DNA from: Eledone cirrhosa
Taxonomy: Eukaryota
DNA length: 64,000 nucleotides
Assembly: GCA_964016885.1 (NCBI GenBank)
Contig: OZ024740.1
Span: 286,502,001-286,566,000 of the forward strand
Direction: 5' to 3'
In this document: in pieces, positions 39,188-52,622 of the stretch
Layout of the letters: each line of letters opens with the position of its first letter
How positions within the stretch are numbered: position 1 is the stretch's first letter
Program-made: the position numbers and the translations under genes
The notes under the pieces: model-generated
Databases searched by the model: none
What the model was told of the DNA's origin: nothing
Seen by the model: only the letters and a program-made list of their open reading frames with translations

Positions 39188-39472
39188 ATATAGGAACGAG
39201 TAGGACCCCGTCGGCTGAGCTCAAGCCGTTTCGATGGCTAATTCTGGACCTACTCGTTCCTATTAGCCACTATACTACCCTAAGTATTGAGTACTTTGGT
39301 GCGTTATGGTCCATCTGGTTCCTTACCACATTTCCTTCGTTATATATATATATATCATTTGATATTTGATATACTATTATTTCATCTCTACCACCCCCTT
39401 AGGTCCCAGTGCCCCCCTGGACCTTCTCAATGTCCCCCAGTGTGGCGGTAGCACCCACTTTGAGAACCCCTG
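38974..39472. mobile_element. hAT (Charlie-like) MITE carrying a nested insert
   Basis: CAGAGGTTCTCAAA/TTTGAGAACCCCTG; 8-bp TSD atctaaac. Confidence 0.88.
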
Positions 39473-40305
39473 ATCTAAACCCAAATGACCAGTTGACATT
39501 GTCTTTTATTTTATTTTTATTTTTTTTATTTTGTTTATTTGATTATATTAATTTACTAATCCTGATTCCTAAAATTCTGCTTCTTTCTACAATAGTCTAA
39601 CAGTTTTTATTCACTTTTATATTTTTATTTTATCCTTTTATCTATCTTCTATTCAATTCTTCATGTTATAATTTTCTTTATTTAATACTTATTTATTTTT
39701 ATTTTTTATATTTTTTCATTCTTGTCTTATTTTTCCAGAGTAATGACCAGTTGTTATTCCTCCTTCATTTTTACAAGCCACACATTCCCTTTATACCTCC
39801 CCCCCTCTTCTCTTTTTCCTCCTTTTCCTTTCTCTCTATCTCTATTACTATTTCTACCAAGCCGGAAGACAACTTCAATTCCTCCTCCTCAACCTACATA
39901 TCTCACTCACTGTGGGCTGGGGGGTCTATATATTCTATATATGCTTAGTAAAAAGATGTCTCTTCACCCACTGAAAAATTAGTATATATATATACTAATA
40001 ATAAATGAGGTCGTGTAGGTGTCACGAAAAAAAAACACACAGTCCACGCTGTAATGTGGCGTGGCCGTGTAGGTAACACGGTAAAAACCTCCCAGTCCAC
40101 ACTGTAAACGTGGTTGGTGTTAGGTAGGGCATCCAGCCGTAAAAAACCCGCCAAACAGTCCTATGTGAGCAAGACAACCAATCTTGCCACAAGTGGGAAA
40201 ACTCCCGTCCAGACCCATGCTAGCGTGGAAGATGGACGTTAAACAATGATGATGATGATGAATATTATTCAAAATATTAATAAATGAGAAATCTTATAAC
40301 CAAAG

Positions 40306-40376
40306 TATATATTTTATTATACATATTTCAAAGGTACAATGGTGTTTCAGAACGTTTTCATCAGATAAAATATATA
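40306..40376 (-). ncRNA. Type I hammerhead motif with 12-bp stem I
   Basis: tatatattttat-CTGATGA-aaa...ttt-GAAA-tatgta-TA-ataaaatatata. Confidence 0.55.
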
Positions 40377-41266
40377 AGAGATTGGATATGCGACATACCG
40401 CTAAGGTCTTGAATTTTCAATATATAAATATATTATGTTGGCACCACAAAACATCCAGCCCAGATTGTAAAGTGGTTGTGTAGGAGACACGTAAAAAAGT
40501 GCCCAGCACACACTGTAAATATGGTTGGTGTTAGGAAAGGCATCCAACCGTTGAAAACCAGCCAGAAACAGTCCTGTATGAGCGAGACACGGTCACCCGA
40601 GCGAACTTGCCTCTAATGGGACAAACCTGTCTAACCCATGCTAGCATGGAAAATAGATGTTAAACGATGATAATGATATATATATACTGCACTATAGATT
40701 TTTAACCAGCACTGTATGTATATGTACAGTATCTTTGTGGACAGAAAATGAGGGAAAAGGCAGACTAGTTTTAATCTTATGTTGGAATTTCAACAGTGAC
40801 CAAGTCTTCTTATTAACTGTCTCTAAACACACTAACTATATAAACTCACCATTACTTGTGTCCTAATCCTTTTGATATCAAACTGTTCCTGGTTTTATGA
40901 TGCAAAACCTTTCCATGATTTGATGTAACAATCTTTGTGCTCCATACACCTAGTAATGATATATCCTAAATCCTCTCAATTCTTTATCATTTTCAAAATT
41001 ATATAAAAATCATAGGCAGTGTCTTTCATTAGAAATATAGTAATTAAAGGAAGTAAACTGTATCTACCAATTTCCATGTTGGCATGAGACAGTGTTTTTT
41101 GGCTGAATGATCATCCTGACACCAATACTTTTAATCGTCCCTAATCATACATATAGAAATATACACACTACCATACATATACAGATACACATATACTATA
41201 CTTATAGAAATACACAGACACATATTCTATCATGCAAATACACAAATGCATACAGTATTATATGTA

Positions 41267-41605
41267 TACAGGGTTTTTCCCAAAAGTAAGAGAACTGGTG
41301 TTTTATTTAAATGTATTTTAGATTTACATGAAATTATAAGTTATCTCCTTCAAAATACGACCCTGGGGTAGTCACAGAGTGGTTACCACAATTTTTTCCA
41401 TTGATCGTAGCAGTATTAGAAGTAATTTTCTGTGAGTATCCTTAGCTCATCAGTTACAATTTATTTCCGCAGTTCCAAAATGATGACACTTCAATTTCAA
41501 CTTAGGGAAGAAGTAGAAATCACACAGAGCTAGATCTGGGCTATAGGGACACTGTGGAAGAGTGGGAATGTTTTTCTTCACCAGAAATTCTCTAACTGAA
41601 ACTGT
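41267..41605 (-). pseudogene. mariner transposase C-terminal relic and terminus
   Basis: VREFL.K.NI..LPQCPYSPDLALCDFYFFPKLK. Confidence 0.85.
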
Positions 41606-42756
41606 ATCATCTGTTACCTGTCCTTTGGAGAACATCAGTGACATGGAGAGGGGAGACTGGTATACATGGGTGATGCTGGTCTTCCACAAAAAACACCATC
41701 CTCAGGCTTGTGTCTTGGAAGGGAACTTTCAAGGTGTAAAACCCATGGTCAGTTGTGAGCGAAGGGTGTCTTTTATATATTTCTGTATGTGGATGCAGGT
41801 ATGGCTGAGTGGTTAAGAGGTTTCTTCACAGTCATGAAATCCTGAGTTCAATCACACTGCATGGCATCTTAAATCTTATATCATAGCCTTGGGTTGACCC
41901 AAGCCTTGTGAGTGAAATTAGGTAGAGGAGAAACTGTATAGAAGTCTATCAGATGGATTATACTTGTAATTCAATAGTCTAGCTTTATTACATTGTTTCA
42001 TGCTGTTTTGGCTTGGTTATTGCATCATGGTTAGACATGTCTGTTACATACTCAACCATTTGCATGCTAATTCAAGAGTTGGACTTTCATTTGATTGAAC
42101 AACTGATCGCTCATTCTTGAAACAACTAAGAATCATCATTTCTATGTGTATGATAATGTGTGTGTGTGTGTGTGTGTGTTGGTATGTCATTGTGTATGTT
42201 TTTTTATGTCTATATGTATGATATTCTGTGTGTGTATTTCTATAGGTGTGATATGTGTTTGTATATTTTATGTGTATGATATGCATGTATTTGTATTTCT
42301 GTATATATGATATTGTGGGGTTGTGTCTGTATTTCTAATTGTATAATATTATGTGTCTTTGCATGTATTTTTATATGTGTGAACTTGTATGAGATATTGT
42401 GTATTCCTGTATATATGAGATATTATACGGCAGTACTCGGCGAATATTAATGAAGAAAATAAGATTTCAGCTTTATAATTACAAAGTATCATATCTGATA
42501 ACTAGTTATTTAATGTTATCTTACTAACAAATAAAACAAAAAATTAATACCATCAAAATTATTAATCAATGCCCCCCCCCCCATATACACACACACACAC
42601 TCTTTAAAGAGATTACATTGCAATAAATTTATAAAGATTACTTGTAAAATTTTGAAATTAACTTTTATAAGATCTCTCTTGGTCTAATACTATATAATCA
42701 TTATTTTTTGTTTCTTTGTGCGTATTTTTATATGTGAAGTTTGTGAGTGTGGTAAA

Positions 42757-42983
42757 CCCCTTTAATACCAATCTGCCTGAAACTGCCCATTTTAATGTAT
42801 TCATATTTCTATTACAATTTTCCATTATAATTTTATATAAAAATAATTTAAGTAATGTTTTAAACAGCAGCTGAATAATGAAAAAGTTAGTTATATTATT
42901 CAATTCCTCTAAATTTTCAATTATTTTCAAAATAAATTGAAACACAGGCAGTATCACTCTTTAAAAAATTGGTAATAAAAGGG
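42757..42983. mobile_element. piggyBac-like TTAA MITE family (relatives near 14040-14303, 40865-41050, 44020-44470, 45205-45440, 47377-47615, 49739-50123)
   Basis: CCCTTT..TACCAA start and TGGTAATAAAAGGG|TTAA end; shared aggcagtgtattt internal motif. Confidence 0.6.
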
Positions 42984-44124
42984 TTAAGGTTGTATCATCA
43001 TTATCAATCATTTGTTCAGAAGTAATGTTGCTTTGTGATTAGGGCATTGGACTGAGGATCATAAGGTCATGGATTCGATTCCTGAACTGGGTAGCACACT
43101 ATGTTGTTCATTTCAAGTTGTTTTTCATGATAGGATTGTGGACCCTATCATTAAAACACCCAATAAACCTCCTGCGAGATATAACCTTGTAGAAGATCAG
43201 CTAAGCCTGCATAGGTGTGAGCTGTAAATTTCATTTGTTAGGTTGAATACCATGGATTGCTCTAATGTTGACCATGGTTAACTATGTGTGTGTACATTGT
43301 GGTGCTTTTATCTCTTCCATAGTGACTGGTTGGTCACTATGAAATTTGAAATTGGAATACAAAGGGCCGCAACAAATATCACAAGGTATTCTCCCCAGCA
43401 CTCTGATGATTCTGCTAGTCTATTTTCTTAGACTGTTACTTCATTTATCAACCCCAAAAGGATGAAAGGCAAAGTAGACCAGTGTGGCATTTGAATCAAA
43501 ACCTAAAGAGCTGGAACATAAACAGTGCTCTAACACTTTAGCCAATGCAATGCTTTTTGTATACTAGAGGGAAAAGAAGGATATTATGTTGGGAGACTGT
43601 TCATTCAAATTCTAAAACTTGTTCTGCAGACATATCACTTTCTTTGTCACTGTCTCTGCTTTGATTGAAATAAATCTTTTCATCTCTTAGACAAAGGGAC
43701 ATTCTTGAAACATGAGATTCCTTTTCTCCCCATAGCATACAAACTAATCCAAGCTCATGTGCTTCATTATAATATTTATTTTTTCATTTGACACATAATT
43801 GTTTTGTTATAGTTTCACAATTATATTTCCGTATGAGCATTTTAAAATTAACATGCTTTATTTAATTGAACTAGGGTTGTTGGGTGCTAGTGGTTTGGTA
43901 TCAAGAGATTTAAGTAGCCTCAAATCTCCATTTTAATACTAATACACCGTTTGACCTGATTGTGTTTTAACTCCTGCCATGCAGTTTTAAAATTGAGTGA
44001 TACTTAGAGAGTATTGGATTCCTTTTGATACCAAACTGTCTGAAAACACTTTAGATTTATACAAAACTGCCCGTTTTAAAATGATAATCTTTATACGAAA
44101 ACCTTCCATTATAATTATCTTTTA

Positions 44125-44308
44125 GGGTGGTGGATTGGCAGTATCGGAGAGTGTCAGACACCATGCTTTGCAGCATAATAGCCATTTACGTTCTGAGTTC
44201 AAATGCCACCGAGGTTAGCTTTGCCTTTCATCCTTACGGGGTCGATTAAATAAAGCACCAGTAATGCACTGGGGTTAATTGCTGGCCTTGTGCCAAATTT
44301 AGAAACAA
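44125..44308 (+). mobile_element. SINE family A, full length with 18-bp TSD
   Basis: attataattatcttttag on both sides. Confidence 0.92.
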
Positions 44309-46149
44309 TTATAATTATCTTTTAGAAATGTTTATTAAGTAATATTCTAAATATCAGCTTACTAATGAAAACCTTAGTTATTTTCTTAAATTCTCCAAAT
44401 TGTTTATTTTCAAAATTAAATGAAACATACAGGCAGTGTATTTCTTTAGAAATATGGTAATGATATGGTAATATACCATAATGATTTAGCAAAAAAATAT
44501 CTAAAAAACATGTTTGTTAATTGAAATGTTTATAGTGTCATTACTACTGGACAGATCGTTGTGAAAATTTGCTGTCATAGAGTATTCTTTTCACGGTTGT
44601 CATGCTAATGTGGTTGCTTGCAGTACATTACATATTCTTTTCAAGAATGTATTGCTAATATTGGCATTGTTGTTCTTTTTTTTTTGTTTCTTTTTATTGC
44701 ACTGTTGATAGAATACCATCAGCATGGTATTCTTTACTACGCCTACAAACATCATCACTATCAACATAGGTACTTTGAATTGCTGTTTAGATAGTGTCAC
44801 TTTTATAAAAAATGATGTCACTTCTCTTAAGCTCTGATCATTTTCAACTAAATCCCTAAAATAAATTAAAAAGCTTAAAGAGAAATCTCCAGTTTTATCA
44901 ACTCTATGTAGACATAAAAGAAATGAACATACACACACACACACACAATAATGCATATAGAAATACAGACACACGCACAATATTAATTATGTAGAAATGT
45001 AAACAGAGATATACAATATCATATATCCAATCACGTTGGTCAATATGTCTGCTTAGCTCTTATATAAAGTCTGTCACCCTCTCTCCTTCCATTTCTCTTT
45101 CTTCCATTATCTAATAGTCCTTGCTCTTTCCCTCCTTTTCTTCACATTTATGGCATTTATAGTCCTTTCTTCTACTTTCCTATACAGCCAAATCTACCCT
45201 TGTTTAACCTTTCCCTTTTGTTTTTTCATTGTTTAATTTTTTAATTATTTTTTTTTTTATATTTCCATCGTTGTGTTTTGAAAATATTCAAGAATTTGGA
45301 AGGAAATTGTAATATAACTAACCTTTTCATTAAATTGTTTTATTTTAGCATCTATATTAATAAATGGCTTTTTTATGATAGGAAGTTTTAATTTAAATAT
45401 AGACATTTTAAAAGGAGAGATTTTATGTCATAAAGGGTTAATCAGGTCTGACCTAAAGTTATACAATTACTGCAACATTAGGCATACAAAAACAGACCCA
45501 TCAGTTGTAAAAAAGAAAGTAACACACCCAGATTGACACACTATTGATAAACTATTACACATTTGAGTAGACATTATAGCCTTTCACTTGATAGAACTGT
45601 GTATGGAATAATGTATCTGTAGTTTTTACTTAGCCATTCAACCAACTACTTATATATCATATCTGTGAATCACACCTAGCTGTTCCATTGACTGCCTACG
45701 AAGTTGACCTGTTGCTCACTCTTGGTTATTCAGCTGATTGTTCAATTGACTACTTATACATTACAATAAAATACATTCAGTACCCTCTTACATTTTGGCT
45801 GTGTTGAGGAATTGACTGTATCTCTACTGTTTGTAAAGAGGTTGACAATTGCATAAGGATAGTATAGAGCAGAGAAGACTCTTCAGTCTTGCCAAATACA
45901 TGACAACTTCTCTAGTGCTGGTGCCATGCTAAAATGCACCAGTGCACTTTGTAAAGTGGTTGGTGTTAGGAAAAGCATCCAGTTGTAGAAATCACTGCAA
46001 AATATGGAATGTATGAGCAAGACTTGGTTCTCTGATGCCCCTAGTCTTGGATCATAATACCCCATCCAACTCACACCATCATGTAAAATGGATATAAAAT
46101 GATGATGATAGAAATACATGTATGCACAGATACGCACAATACCTTACTC

Positions 46150-46800
46150 ACACACATGTAAAAAACACACGATCATACATATAGAATTACACACACACAT
46201 AGAGAGAAACAAGATCATACATATAGAATTACAGAGAGAGAAACACAAGATCATATATATAGAAATACACACACATAGAGAAACACAAAATTATACATAT
46301 AGAAATACACACACATACACAGAAACATGAGATCATACATATAGAAATACACACACAGAAACACAAGATTATACATATAGAAATACACACACATACACAC
46401 AGAAACACAAGATTATACATATAGAAATACACACACATACACACATAGAGAAACACAAGATCATACATATAGAAATGCACACACACAAGATCATATATAT
46501 ATATATAAATATACACACACATTCACACAGAAACACGAGATCATACATATAGAAATACACACACACACACAGCAACACAAGAGCATTCATATAGAAATAC
46601 ACACACACACTCAGCAACACAAGATCATACATATAGAAATACACACACACAAGATCATATATATATAGAAACACACATACACACAAAAACACAAGATCAT
46701 ACATATAGAAATACACATACACAATATGATACATATAGAAATACACATACACAATATGATACATATAGAAATATATCACACAGAAATTCACAAACATGTA
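46150..46800. repeat. Minisatellite, ~30-38-bp unit
   Basis: Tandem agaaacacaagatcatacatatagaaatacac(ac)n; decayed relatives near 41145, 42150-42420 and 44925. Confidence 0.9.
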
Positions 46801-47664
46801 TACAATATGACACTTATTGAAGTATGCACACAGTACCATACAATGATGATGATTACTATATGATATTATTTTTGAGGATAATAAACTGCTGTACTAGGTG
46901 CTTTTTAGTACCTTGTTTACTGTTTCTTAGAATAATGTTTCTCAAAGTAGGTTCCATGAAGAAATTCTGAGGCTTCGTGAGATAAGGTATCTTTTAATAA
47001 AATTTGATAAATTTTATTATAAATGTACACATTAAACTTCATATATTTTCCATCTGCCATTTTCACCCACAAGGCTATATAGTAGAATACTCTTGTCCAA
47101 GGTTTCATGTGGTTGCAAAGTGAATGTATTAACTACATAACCATGCCAGTACCTTAGGAGCAATGCAATTTTCATAACCACAAGGTTGTAGAAGATTACA
47201 TTTCTTTATAGATAATCACAAGTCATTACAGCTATTTACAAAAATGATGCTTTATATTGCTGAAAACTTACTTTTATCTTGAATAGAATTAAAAATATTT
47301 TGATATATGGACATTTTCAGTTTGAAATCCTGATACACTAAATCGTTTATTTACCAAACGTGCCTTTACAGTGTTTTAACTCTTTCGTTAACATATTTCT
47401 AATGAAAAACACTGCCTGTGATTTTCAAATAACTTTGAAAATAATCAAGAAATGGGAGAGATTCTCTAATATAAGTAACTTATTTATTAGTAAGCTAGTG
47501 TTTGGAACATAACTTAAATGTTTTTACAGAAAATTAACATGAAAGGTTTTTAAATATGTATAAACACTTGTACTATAGAACTGGGGGCGTTTTGAGTGGG
47601 TTGGTATCAAAAGTCACAGTCACTGTCCCTACATAGATTGGTTTACACTCAAGTTCTTTATGTA

Positions 47665-48135
47665 TATCATCACTTTTACGTCCGTTTTTCCATGATTAGT
47701 ATAGGTTGGTCAGGTCCTTTTCAGTGCAGTATTTCTCCACTCGCCATATTCCTTTGTCATCTCCTCTGTGAGCCTCAGTGATTTGAGATCAGTTCCCACC
47801 ACTCTGCCCAAGTCTTTCTTGGTCTACCTCTACTATGGCTTCCATCCAGTGGGATTTCTTGGCACTTCTTCATCTAGAAATCATCATCCATACGCATCAC
47901 ATGTCCATACCAATGCAGTCTTCTCTCTTGCATACCACTTCAGATTCCACTTAAACCCAGTTTCTCTCTCAGTTCATCCAAGCTGTGCTTTTCTCTCATA
48001 TTTACATTCCACATCCATTGAAACATGGCTACTTCATTTCTCTCCAGTCTATGCATGTCCTCTGCAGTCATGTCCATGTTTCACTGCCATGCAACATCAC
48101 ACTTTGCACCCAGGCATCATACAGTCATCCTTTTG
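47665..48135 (-). mobile_element. Old RTE 3' fragment
   Basis: LHGSETW..RLERNE..LHWYGHVMRM remnants and an RTE tail. Confidence 0.8.
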
Positions 48136-49892
48136 TACTCTTTCAATCTTTTCTATATTTCGTCTGCCTGTCATCCACCTTGTGGATTGTCTCTGTCGAA
48201 CACTGTTCACTGGTCTCTGTCCTCTGAGGCATTTTTGCCCATCACTGTCTTTGACAGCATTTGGCTGTTTTAACGGTTGTTCTAGTGATGAGTTTTCTCA
48301 TTTTTTTATGTATATATAGTGTGTGTATGTGTGTGTGTGTGTGTCTAATATCCATTGTTGGTATGAATATTATATATCTTAATGATCCTACTTGAACTAA
48401 CTCATCTCCAGTTGTAAACATTCCCATCACCATTCTGAAATCTCCAACACCATAGCCAAACAAAACATACTAATCTGTTTTTTCCATTGTAGGAATATTA
48501 TTTATGCTATTGTTAAAACTACTAAATCATTCACCAAGTTTTCTATCCTGTTTAGTGATGACCCCCCCCCCCCCCCGGACTCATTCACCAAAATGTCTGC
48601 CAATAAAAGCGATTATCATCTTTATTTGTTATTAATGTACACTAGTTGTATTGTATTGAACATTCACCATTACTTAGCGCTACTTTGCCTTATATCATAG
48701 CACATAAATAGTATGAGATGAAAATTTTATGACGCTAAAAATTACTGAAGCTTTTAATAGTAGTAGTTTGTAGTCACTTGGATTGAAAAAAAATTACATT
48801 AAATAAATAGGTTTAACACATTACATTAATGTCATGGTGTTGAGCAATATTTGTTTACTTAAAATTTATGTTCAAATTCTGTGTGCATGTGTATGGGTGT
48901 GTCCAGAAGAATATGAAGCTTCTTCATTATCAAATGAAGTAATGTTACCACTGGGCAGCTAAACCGTTTGTCATAAGTTTGTAATATGTATGACTTTCTA
49001 CCAAAATTTTAAAATTATGCCCCCATTTATACAAACTTAGAAAAATAGATACAAGTACACTCATATACCTTGTACATAGAATAGACTTCCCCAGATATAT
49101 AGCAAATATCTGTTGTACAGGGTTTCCATTGTGGAGTAAGTTTACTCCTGGAGGATAAATTTGCTAATTTAAGATTTGTAAATATATATATTTTTCAAAT
49201 TAAAGGTGTTAAGAAGATTTGAAGTAGGCTTATTTTGAGTGAAAAGCCAGAACAAAAGTCTCATTCATTGATTGATGTGTGCATATTGATTAACTGCAAC
49301 AGCTTAGTTGAAAGTGAGGAGGAGGCACTTTTGGTAGGCGTTGGTTGATGTGTATTGTGTTGTGTTTCTTGGATGAGGCTGGAGAATTCAGAGACCACCC
49401 CCATACAGCACAAACTCTAGCTATGACCCCTAACTGACAGAATTTGGGCCTAATACTGGTATTAGTTTATTAATAGATGTTCATAAGTAAGAGAAGTAAC
49501 ATTTGTTTTGTGCTCTTATTGTTATTTAAACCTAAAATAATAATGTTAAAAACACTATCTAAAAATTGCCCCTTTGTCAGTTGCTATATTGTGGTAAAGG
49601 TGTAAACTCAAATTATTTAACAAAACAGGGTCAGGGGAAAATTTACTTTCAACATGTTACCATAGGGTGCACAGGATTAGGAATCTCTGCTGTAGTGGAT
49701 TATAAACACTTAACTCAAGAACTAGTAAGTCTGAAATCTTAACTCTTTCCTGACTGTATCTCTAATGAAATACATTCTGTTGTAATTAATTAATAATAAA
49801 TTTTGAAAGATTTACTAAAATTATAAATTATTTCATAACTCAGCATATGATATAAATTATTTCATAACTCAGCATATGATATTTATGTGAAA

Positions 49893-50007
49893 TAATTGTT
49901 TCTACTTTAGGCACAAGGCCAGCAATCACCCAGTGCATTACTGGTACTTTATTTTATCGACCCCGTAAGGATGAAAGGCAAAGTCAACCTCGGCGGGATT
50001 TGAACTC
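49893..50007 (-). mobile_element. 5'-truncated SINE family A
   Basis: Essentially identical to the 34978 copy; TSD atttatgtgaaataat. Confidence 0.9.
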
Positions 50008-50129
50008 ATTTATTTGAAATTTATGTGAAATAATGTTGGAAAATTTGAATTTAAATGGGTGTTTTTTATTTTTATTTTTATAACCAGAGCTGATTGTAGG
50101 TGGGTCAGTATCAAGAGGGTTAGAAACTG

Positions 50130-51170
50130 GGTCTTTTGTTGGCTGCATATCTACACTATATGCTGTTAGTTCCACTATGTTATGATTCAAGAAAATGGTC
50201 AGTATCACCTTTACATTGTGGATGAGCACCATCAATCAGAAATCCAAAACATTCTCATCTCTAGTTGGGTGTAGTACCATTTGTTCCATGAACAGTCTGT
50301 TTGTAAGATCCAGCAGGGAGGATTCTGTCTGTCTTTGTTCATGTGCTGTCATTCCTGAGAGGAGCTGGCCTTCGAACCATTTGACTTTGGGGAGGTTATG
50401 GTCTCCCAGCAGTAGTGTTGAGATTGTGATCTAGTTTGATTAGTTCTTCTTCCATCATTTTGAGGCTACCTTGAAACTTGTCCTCATGACTAGGAGCATC
50501 TGGTGACTGATGTGTTATACACATTACCATTTAGAATTGCTTTGTGTGTACTATTAGTGTGTCACAGACTGAGATTGAATGTGACAACAGTATTAAGGAT
50601 GGGGCATCTTGATGGATGTACAAAGCAACTTCACCATGAGTTCTTTCCCTCCTGTCAGTATGAAATACAACATACATGTATTTCTACATTTGCTAAGCTA
50701 GCTGCCAGGTGCATTTCAGTTAGTGCCATACATATTGCTTGAATTCTTGTGTGAATTCTAGGTTTCTCAGCTAGGGGTTTTTATTCATGTTGGTAAGTTT
50801 TACCAGGACCCTGATATTTAGCAGTAGCACTGGTGTGACCTTTCGGGTGTCAGTGGTGACCTCCATGGGTCTTTTATTTGTAGTGGTCATGAATGTTGGT
50901 ATGAATGACTTTAGTTTTGTATCTGATGTAAAGTCAATTGAGTGATAGAAGTTTGATTTTTCGTAGCAGCCACTAGCAACGTTTTTCCATCTCTGCAGGC
51001 CTTTGCCCAATTTTTATAAGCTATTTTATAGCAATGGACTGTGGTTACAGTTGTTTTCTGCATCTGAGCTTCCTACATCTTCTTATAGGTTTATTTCTTT
51101 GGCACTTGGTGAGTTCGAAGTTTTGAGATTCTCACATGACGCTTGTTTATATTTTCAAAAGCTGATTGAT
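50130..51170 (-). mobile_element. CR1/L2-like LINE 5' relic (ORF1 end and AP endonuclease)
   Basis: LLLNIRVL, GDHNLPKVKW, LFMEQMVLHPTRDENVLDF, NHNIVEL. Confidence 0.7.
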
Positions 51171-51199
51171 TCATCTCCTTATTCATATATATATGTGTG

Positions 51200-52622
51200 T
51201 GTGTGTGTTTGTAGAAAATATCAATAGATATGAAAAAAGAAAAACAAAAAGTGCTCAATAAGGGAAGAGAGCTGATATATTATTTATACACAAGACAAAA
51301 GTGATATCTGGGGTTTCATGGCCAAATATTGATCATATTGTAAGAGGGATCAAAATTGTGACCTAATCTTCAGGTGCTGAGACGAGTTTTGAATATTCCG
51401 TTAAAAGTATAGCATGCTAAAATGCTAGTTTACAAAAAAATGTATCATAACAAAGGGAAATAACTCAAAGATGTAAATTTGAAATAGCAAAGTAGTTGTA
51501 CACATGTTAATATTCATGAGCTATAGCAGATGTATGGTGTTATGTGGTGGTATGTAATATAAAGTAGAATAGTATAGAAGGTGTACTGTATTATGTAAGT
51601 GTGGAAAAAGGGAAAAAGAAAAGATATTAAGAAAGTATATAAATCAAATGAAGGTGGTTGAAAATCAGGTGAATTAGTTGAGTATTTCCACTTAGCAAGG
51701 AGTTGGCTTTTGAGATGGAGGCATACTCTAAAAATTAACTATAAAGTAGAGACAACATCTCTTTGTACCATTGGTGTAAGGCCTGGATCTTTCAAGTACC
51801 TTCCAAGTAATCTTATGTAGAACTCCTTTCTCCTTTAATTACCAGACTTTTTTTGCCAGGGCCATGCTGGTTCTCATATCTAGATTTCTAAAGGAATGGA
51901 GATATGAGTAAAATTGTTGTTTGAAATGATTTTGCACCATACTGATGTATATTTTGCTAACTTCAGAATATTCTGTGGTGTTGTATGTATGCTCTGCCAC
52001 ACACATTGGATTTGATATTATATTTCTGTTGAAAAGGGAACTTCTCTTTAATCCTACAAGAGCAGTAATTTTTGATCTCATAGACAGGCCACATGAATAG
52101 GATATCTTGACAGAATTGTGATTGAATATTTTACTGTATCTCTGTTGTGGGGAGAAATATCTATCTATTAAATCTAAAAACTTTGTATCTACATTAGTCT
52201 TTACTTTAAGGGAAAATGGGGATGTGAACCAGATAATTCTTCTTTTTCTGTGAGCATTTTTAGTATGGTTGGGTTGGTATTGATTGGGTGTGTGTTTAAT
52301 TTTGTCCTTAAAACCACTACCTAGGAGGGTTTGATTATAAAAACCTCCCACCTACAACTAATATTAAAAACTAAGTTTTTAAAAACTTCAGGGTAGTGGC
52401 ATGAGGCTTTATTAATATATTTCAATTTTTCGTTAGGCTTATGGTATGGTTTATACAAAGCTGTGGTTAGGTCTAAGTTTACATCAAGGAAATTTGCGTA
52501 AGTAAGGTTCGTATCAATCATAATTTTAAGTCCTAGTGCACAAAAGGTGTCAATTAAATTTTTACGGAATCTGTCTTGAGTGTATCCGTTAAAATCATGT
52601 GAAAACAAAAGACCATCATCTC
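51200..52622 (-). mobile_element. Penelope-like element: RT C-terminus, GIY-YIG endonuclease, 3' repeat
   Basis: DDGL, NFLDVNLDL, YKPYHKPN, RRIIWFTSPFS..VKTNV, KISYSC, KIYI....FK...H..SF; degenerate CTGAAGA/GAAAC motif at 51313-51373. Confidence 0.88.

Noticed and set aside
46150-46800. Regularly spaced repeat considered as a CRISPR-like array
   Set aside because: No unique spacers, only (CA)n length variation; eukaryotic minisatellite.
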